DNA of 64,000 bases, taken from the NCBI GenBank assembly GCA_964632485.1, contig CAZWDO010000007.1, positions 62,001-126,000 of the forward strand, written 5' to 3'. Below the pieces are notes generated by a model, which was not told the origin of the DNA, searched no databases, and worked only from the letters and a program-made list of their open reading frames with translations. The stretch is from an uncultured bacterium (GTDB lineage: Bacteria; JAGOEH01). Made by a program: the position numbers and the translations under genes. Positions within the stretch are counted from its first letter, which is position 1, and each line of letters begins with the position of its first letter. Of the stretch, positions 58,897 to 64,000 are shown in pieces.

Positions 58897-60540
58897 TCAG
58901 GTTGTTTCTTTTTCAAGGCGGTTCATTATGGAAAAAATAAAACTGGCGGAGATCAGGCAGCAAATTACAAAAACAGCCCAGACCTGCCAAATCGCAACTT
59001 TCCCCCACAATGTGCTTCCAACAAACAGCAACTGGTTGCCAATAGCAGTTGCGCCCAACCAACCACCCTGCATAAGACCCTGAAATCGGGGCGGCGAAAC
59101 TTTAGAAACAAAGGAAAGACCCATGGGACTTAAAAAGAGTTCCGCTACAGTTAAGACAAAATAACTGGAAATCAACCAATACGCCGACACACGATCGGGC
59201 GAGGGGGATCCGCCCAGATCGGCTGGCGAAACCAAATTCAGAGAACCCAAAATTAAAACAATGAAACCGACAGCCGCCAGCATCATACCGATCCCAATTT
59301 TCCGGGGAGTTGAGGGTTCCTTATCTTTTTTCTGCAGCATCCCGAAAAGTCCCACGACCATTGGCGTTAACACAACGATAAAAATTGGGTTAAAATGCTG
59401 GAAAGTCTCAGGTTCAATCGGGTTGGAAACACTAAAATTGCCATAAAAATAATACAAAGCAACTCCTCCACCCAACATCAAAACTGCGCTAATCAGTTTA
59501 CTCCGCAAACCACTCTCTTTTCTCAACAGGAAAAAAAGACCGTAGAGCGCGGCCAGCAGAGCGATAAAAGACCAGAGATTAAAGAAAATATTCGTAAACG
59601 CATCCACGACTTTTACCGTATAATCACGGGCAAAGAACGTCATCGTCAATCCATTCTGATGGAAGGACATCCAAAAAAAGATCACAACCAGGAAAACCAA
59701 ACCCAACGCTTTCAGGCGCTGTTTTTCCTCGGCTTTTGACATTTCCTTTACAGCAGATTGCCCTTTGGAAGCCATTGCTTTACGGTCAGGTAAATATTGT
59801 TTGAAAAGCGCATAGGACAATAAAGAAATCAACATAGCGCCCGCGGCAATTCCAAAGGCATAGTTGTATCCAGTAGAAAACACATCGATATACTGAACTG
59901 CAAAGGCTTTCAGATCCGCCACTGCCACGCCGGTCGCCTTATCGGCCAATTCCTGCAGTTTGACGGTTTCTGTGATAGTACCGGAGATCATCTGATTGCA
60001 AAGAGACGGCAAATCAGCATCGTATTGGAATCCGTTGCGTTCAAGTATCCAGGAACGCATCGAGCGGGCGGCATTGGGAGCGAAAAAAGCTCCAATATTG
60101 ATACCCATATAAAAAATACTATAGGCCCTATCTCGTAAATGAGCATACTGAGGTGTATCATACATCTGCCCGACCAGGGCTTGCAGATTACCCTTAAATA
60201 AACCATTCCCGAAAGCTATGACTAGCAGGCCCATTAATGAAACCCACAACCCCAGCCCCGGCAAAGACATGATCAGGTAGCCAGCAAACATCGTGACCAG
60301 ACCCGTAGCGATCACTCCCTTATAGTTCTGAGTTCGATCCGCTAGAAAACCACCCAGTAAGGCTAACGCGTAGATCGAAAAATAGAAAATACTGTAAATC
60401 ATGCCGGCGTTATCCGCGCTCAAATTGAATTTTGCCTGGAGAAACATCACTAAAATGGCCATCATCGTATAAAAGCCAAACCGTTCTCCCATGTTGGTAA
60501 AAAATGCTACATACAAACCTTTAGGATGTCCTTTAAACAT
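58897..60540 (-). CDS. Proton-dependent oligopeptide transporter (POT/PTR, MFS)
   Basis: GHPKGLY..FFTNMGERFGFY, GGFLADR, GNGLFKGN, FYMGINIG, ELFLSPMGLS. Confidence 0.94.
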   Translation of the reverse strand: MFKGHPKGLYVAFFTNMGERFGFYTMMAILVMFLQAKFNLSADNAGMIYSIFYFSIYALALLGGFLADRTQNYKGVIATGLVTMFAGYLIMSLPGLGLWVSLMGLLVIAFGNGLFKGNLQALVGQMYDTPQYAHLRDRAYSIFYMGINIGAFFAPNAARSMRSWILERNGFQYDADLPSLCNQMISGTITETVKLQELADKATGVAVADLKAFAVQYIDVFSTGYNYAFGIAAGAMLISLLSYALFKQYLPDRKAMASKGQSAVKEMSKAEEKQRLKALGLVFLVVIFFWMSFHQNGLTMTFFARDYTVKVVDAFTNIFFNLWSFIALLAALYGLFFLLRKESGLRSKLISAVLMLGGGVALYYFYGNFSVSNPIEPETFQHFNPIFIVVLTPMVVGLFGMLQKKDKEPSTPRKIGIGMMLAAVGFIVLILGSLNLVSPADLGGSPSPDRVSAYWLISSYFVLTVAELFLSPMGLSFVSKVSPPRFQGLMQGGWLGATAIGNQLLFVGSTLWGKVAIWQVWAVFVICCLISASFIFSIMNRLEKETT

Positions 60541-60890
60541 ACGCCTCCTTAAACGTTTAATGGTTTAAAATTTTTTTGATACTACAACCGGGGATACATA
60601 ATATCATATCGATTCCCACACAATAAATTCGTTCATTAAAACACTCAGTATTATGTCCAAGCTCAGACAAATCAACCCTGGTTTTCGGAATAGACCATCC
60701 CAGCTCACTAAAGGTGAAATGATAAAATCGGAGCACTTATAAAAATACTCTAAAAACCGAATAACCTGTTTCTTATTTCCTATATAATCGTTTTTTTTTA
60801 CAAGTCAAGATATTTTTTTATTCTACAGCATTTGAAAGATTATTCATCCACTAAAATTATTAAAAACTAAAGGGAACCAAAAAAAAGAGA

Positions 60891-60919
60891 TTGACAAAAA
60901 GTGAAAAAAGGATTATTAT
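60891..60919 (+). promoter_or_regulatory. Sigma70 promoter for the acc operon (TTGACA-17-TATTAT)
   Basis: Hexamers with a 17-nt spacer. Confidence 0.7.
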
Positions 60920-60942
60920 CATATTTAAGAGGAGTTATTAGT

Positions 60943-60999
60943 ATGGATAAAGAAGCGTATCATTATACTAAAAAAGCAAAATTAGTCGTTCAGAATTAA
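60943..60999 (+). CDS. Putative leader peptide MDKEAYHYTKKAKLVVQN
   Basis: Strong SD (AAGAGGAG) upstream, ATG 60943, TAA 60997-60999, within the acc 5' leader. Confidence 0.4.
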   Translation: MDKEAYHYTKKAKLVVQN

Positions 61000-61093
61000 T
61001 GACAAAAAAGGGCTGACCATTAGCCGGATGGTTCGATCAAAACGGATACAAAAGGCATATCAACCATACAAGCAACCTATAAGGAGAGATGAT

Positions 61094-61552
61094 ATGTGTG
61101 ATACAAAACCCAATATAAAAGAAATCATGGTTGTATTTTCTACCTCCCGGATCGATTATTTTCGCATGAAACAGGGGGATATGGAATTGGAAATGATCAA
61201 AAAAACAGTTGGAAGCGAGAAGCGTCAGAGTGAACCCGAGAAAGAAAGCCGGGAAGTTGAATTCGCGCCGATTGTTCCGGCAAGGGCCCTTGAGCCGGAA
61301 GCCGAAGAAAAAACTCACCTGATAACATCCCCGATCCCAGGAACTTTCTATCGCGCCCCGGCTCCAGGAGAAAAACCGTTTGTCCATAAAGGAGATATGG
61401 TGAAAGACGGTGATCTATTATGTATCATCGAAGCGATGAAAGTGATGAATAAAATTGAAGCGGATATGGCCGGTGAAATTCTGGAGATTCTGTTAGACGA
61501 TAGCGCTCAAGTCGAGTATGGAACTCCCTTATTCAAGCTGAAAGCATTCTGA
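61094..61552 (+). CDS. accB: Acetyl-CoA carboxylase biotin carboxyl carrier protein
   Basis: SPIPGTFYRAP.P, IIEAMKVMN, VEYGTPLF. Start ATG 61094 after AAGGAG. Confidence 0.93.
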   Translation: MCDTKPNIKEIMVVFSTSRIDYFRMKQGDMELEMIKKTVGSEKRQSEPEKESREVEFAPIVPARALEPEAEEKTHLITSPIPGTFYRAPAPGEKPFVHKGDMVKDGDLLCIIEAMKVMNKIEADMAGEILEILLDDSAQVEYGTPLFKLKAF

Positions 61553-61559
61553 GGCGCCT

Positions 61560-62909
61560 ATGTTTCAACGAATTTTGATTGCCAACCGCGGAGAAATTGC
61601 TCTCCGGGTCATCCGCACTTGTCATGAATTGGGAATTGAAACCGTTGCCGTTTATTCCGAAGCTGATCGGGATGCCTTGCACGTAAAAATGTCAGATCGC
61701 GCGATCTGCATTGGGCCTGCATCGCCGGTGAAAAGCTATTTAAACGCCCAGAATATTTTATCAGCCGCTGTATTGAGCGGAGCGGAAGCGATCCATCCGG
61801 GATTTGGTTTTTTATCTGAAAACCACGAATTTGCGCGGCAATGCGAAGATATTGGCATCCGTTTTATCGGTCCGGATTCACGCGTAATTCATCAACTGGG
61901 CCAGAAACTTACCGCAAAAACGATCATGGCGGAACATGGCCTGGCATCGATTCCCGGCTCTTCCCGCGCGTATATCGACGCGGAGGAAGCTCTGATCGAA
62001 GCTCAAAAAATCGGATTTCCCCTGGTTATCAAAGCTGTTTCCGGAGGAGGGGGCCGCGGAATCCGCCTGATACGAGAACCCGCCGATTTTCAAAGGGAAT
62101 TCCAGGAAGCGTCCCATGAAGCTAAAATCGCATTCAAAGACCCTTTTCTCTATATTGAAAAATTTTTGGAAAACCCTAAACACATTGAATTTCAAATATT
62201 AGCAGATGGATTTGGCAATTGCATTCACCTCGGAGAACGCGACTGTTCATGCCAGCGACGAAAACAAAAAATCATAGAAGAAACACCCTCTCCGGTGATT
62301 CGAAAAACCCAACGCGAAGAGATCGGGAAAAAAATAACCTCAGTTCTTGCCAAGATTGGATATACCAGCGCGGGGACCATTGAATTCTTGTATGAATCCG
62401 GCAATTTTTACTTTATGGAGATGAACACGCGGATCCAGGTGGAACATCCCATCAGTGAAATGGTAAGCGGGATAGATATCGTCCGGGAACAGATTCGCAT
62501 TGCCGCCGGCGAGGAACTCGCATTTAAACAAAAAGAGGTCATCCTCCGCGGACACGCCATTGAGTGCCGCATCAATGCTGAAGACCCGGCCCGTAATTTT
62601 CTGCCGTTTAGTGGAACAGTTGAGTCAGTAATTTTCCCCGGAGGACCGGGAATCAGGGTAGACAGCGCTATTTATCCGGGATATCGCATTCCCCCATTTT
62701 ACGATTCAATGATTGCCAAAATTATCGCCTTTGATGTAACCCGGGACCGGACAATTGCCAAAATGATGCGCGCCATCAATGAATTTACTATCGATGGTAT
62801 CTATTGCAATAAAAACTTTATTATGAAAATCTTACAACACCCCGAATTTATTCAAGGTCAATACGCTATCAATTTCATTGATCAGCAAATGCCGGCCCTA
62901 TTTAACTAA
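61560..62909 (+). CDS. accC: Biotin carboxylase
   Basis: LIANRGEIA, HPGFGFLSEN, GGGGRG, EMNTRIQVEHP, ECRINAEDP, YDSMIAK. Confidence 0.97.
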   Translation: MFQRILIANRGEIALRVIRTCHELGIETVAVYSEADRDALHVKMSDRAICIGPASPVKSYLNAQNILSAAVLSGAEAIHPGFGFLSENHEFARQCEDIGIRFIGPDSRVIHQLGQKLTAKTIMAEHGLASIPGSSRAYIDAEEALIEAQKIGFPLVIKAVSGGGGRGIRLIREPADFQREFQEASHEAKIAFKDPFLYIEKFLENPKHIEFQILADGFGNCIHLGERDCSCQRRKQKIIEETPSPVIRKTQREEIGKKITSVLAKIGYTSAGTIEFLYESGNFYFMEMNTRIQVEHPISEMVSGIDIVREQIRIAAGEELAFKQKEVILRGHAIECRINAEDPARNFLPFSGTVESVIFPGGPGIRVDSAIYPGYRIPPFYDSMIAKIIAFDVTRDRTIAKMMRAINEFTIDGIYCNKNFIMKILQHPEFIQGQYAINFIDQQMPALFN

Positions 62910-63056
62910 ATGTTTCTCGCCCTTTTAAAAAAAATACGCGGGAATGGGGAAGAACCGGTATCAGAATCGGACTGATGACCCATCGTCGCATACAACCAAA
63001 AACCCTCTCAATTCTCGATAATAGGGAGAGAAAAAGAAGGAGAAAACGGACGAACT

Positions 63057-63911
63057 ATGAATCTGCCACACATTATAAAAAATTTATTCCATTCTAAATC
63101 TAAAAGTGACAACCGCATCAATGTTCCTGACCACATGTTCACGCAATGCGATGGATGCAAGCAGATGGTGTATCAAAAAAAAATTACGGAGAATAGTGGG
63201 ATTTGTCCCGAATGTGGACGCCATTTTCGTATCACTTGCCGTCAATGGTTAGACCTTTTATGCGACGAGAACAGTTTTCAACCCATGTTCATGGATTTAC
63301 AAACCGAAGATGCGCTCCATTTTCCCGGATATCAGGAGAAACTAAAAAAAATGTATCAACAGGGACAAAATGAGGCGATTCAGACCGGGCATTGCCTCAT
63401 TGACGGAATAGCGGCATTTATCGGAATTATGGATACCGATTTTATCATGGGATCCATGGGAGCGGTCGTGGGAGAACGGATTGCCCTGCTTTTTGAACAG
63501 GGACTTGAACGCCGGCAACCGGTGATTATTGTCAGTCGTTCAGGCGGCGCCCGGATGCATGAAGGCGTCATCTCACTCATGCAAATGGCGAAGACCGCCG
63601 CGGCCATCAAAAAATTCCAGGACGGCGGCAACCTTTATCTGTCCGTATTATCAGATCCGACAACCGGAGGTGTTTCCGCTTCATTTGCCATGCTGGGCAA
63701 TCTTATTATCGCCGAACCCGAAGCCCTGATCGGATTTGCCGGACCCCGTGTGATCCAACAAACCATCCGCCAGAACCTGCCAGAGGGATTTCAGCGTTCC
63801 GAATTTTTATTGAAAAAAGGGTTCATCGATACGATAATCGCCCGCAACCGTCTTAAAACCGCCCTTTCTCAATTGTTAAGACTCCACGGTTATCACCCAT
63901 CCAATATTTAA
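63057..63911 (+). CDS. accD: Acetyl-CoA carboxylase carboxyltransferase beta subunit
   Basis: CxxC..CxxC zinc finger, MGSMG.VVGE, SGGARMHEG, PTTGGVSASFA, GFAGPRVI, FQRSEFL. Confidence 0.96.
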   Translation: MNLPHIIKNLFHSKSKSDNRINVPDHMFTQCDGCKQMVYQKKITENSGICPECGRHFRITCRQWLDLLCDENSFQPMFMDLQTEDALHFPGYQEKLKKMYQQGQNEAIQTGHCLIDGIAAFIGIMDTDFIMGSMGAVVGERIALLFEQGLERRQPVIIVSRSGGARMHEGVISLMQMAKTAAAIKKFQDGGNLYLSVLSDPTTGGVSASFAMLGNLIIAEPEALIGFAGPRVIQQTIRQNLPEGFQRSEFLLKKGFIDTIIARNRLKTALSQLLRLHGYHPSNI

Positions 63912-63933
63912 CATTTCACCCGGATATATAGTT

Positions 63934-64000
63934 ATGAATGAAAAAGAACTCATTAAAAAAATTAATTATCTTCGCGAAGAAGCATCGAAACAGGGCATTG
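63934..64000 (+). CDS. accA: Probable AccA N-terminus (3'-partial)
   Basis: MNEKELIKKINYLREEASKQGI..., a helical N-terminus right after accD; assignment mainly by synteny. Confidence 0.55.
   Translation, partial: MNEKELIKKINYLREEASKQGI

Noticed and set aside
62910-62975. 21-codon ORF between accC and accD
   Set aside because: No SD or recognisable features; expected by chance.

Overview
Bacterial chromosomal segment from a scaffolded assembly, with 10-N gaps at 356-365 and 23857-23866. It probably comes from a non-Bacteroidota member of the FCB superphylum: it combines PorV-family barrels and T9SS-type/FlgD-Ig C-terminal domains with canonical TTGACA/TATAAT promoters and Shine-Dalgarno sites. 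Most genes are housekeeping: ahcY, a large NAD-GDH, purM, rpsT, secDF, tdh-kbl, ssb, hflX, phoH-7TM/HD-ybeY-dus, plsC, accBCDA, tRNA-Leu(TAG) and tRNA-Val(TAC). The most notable region is a tightly packed minus-strand surface-display locus (~10.5-25.1 kb). It encodes a beta-propeller/CTD protein, two PorV/PorQ-like barrels, an O-antigen-ligase/O-OTase-like TPR protein, VanZ, a 1729-aa Ig/cadherin-repeat CTD protein carrying ~40 D-(S/T)-(A/I/L/V/M/T) O-glycosylation sequons, a PorV-barrel/transglutaminase-like/TPR fusion, and LptC. Secondary observations include two promoter+uORF leaders (before gdh and before acc), candidate structured 5' UTRs, several apparent pseudo-enzyme domains, and an M6 protease with nested tandem repeats. 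No CRISPR array, transposase or prophage was seen. All family calls come from motifs read by eye, not from database searches.
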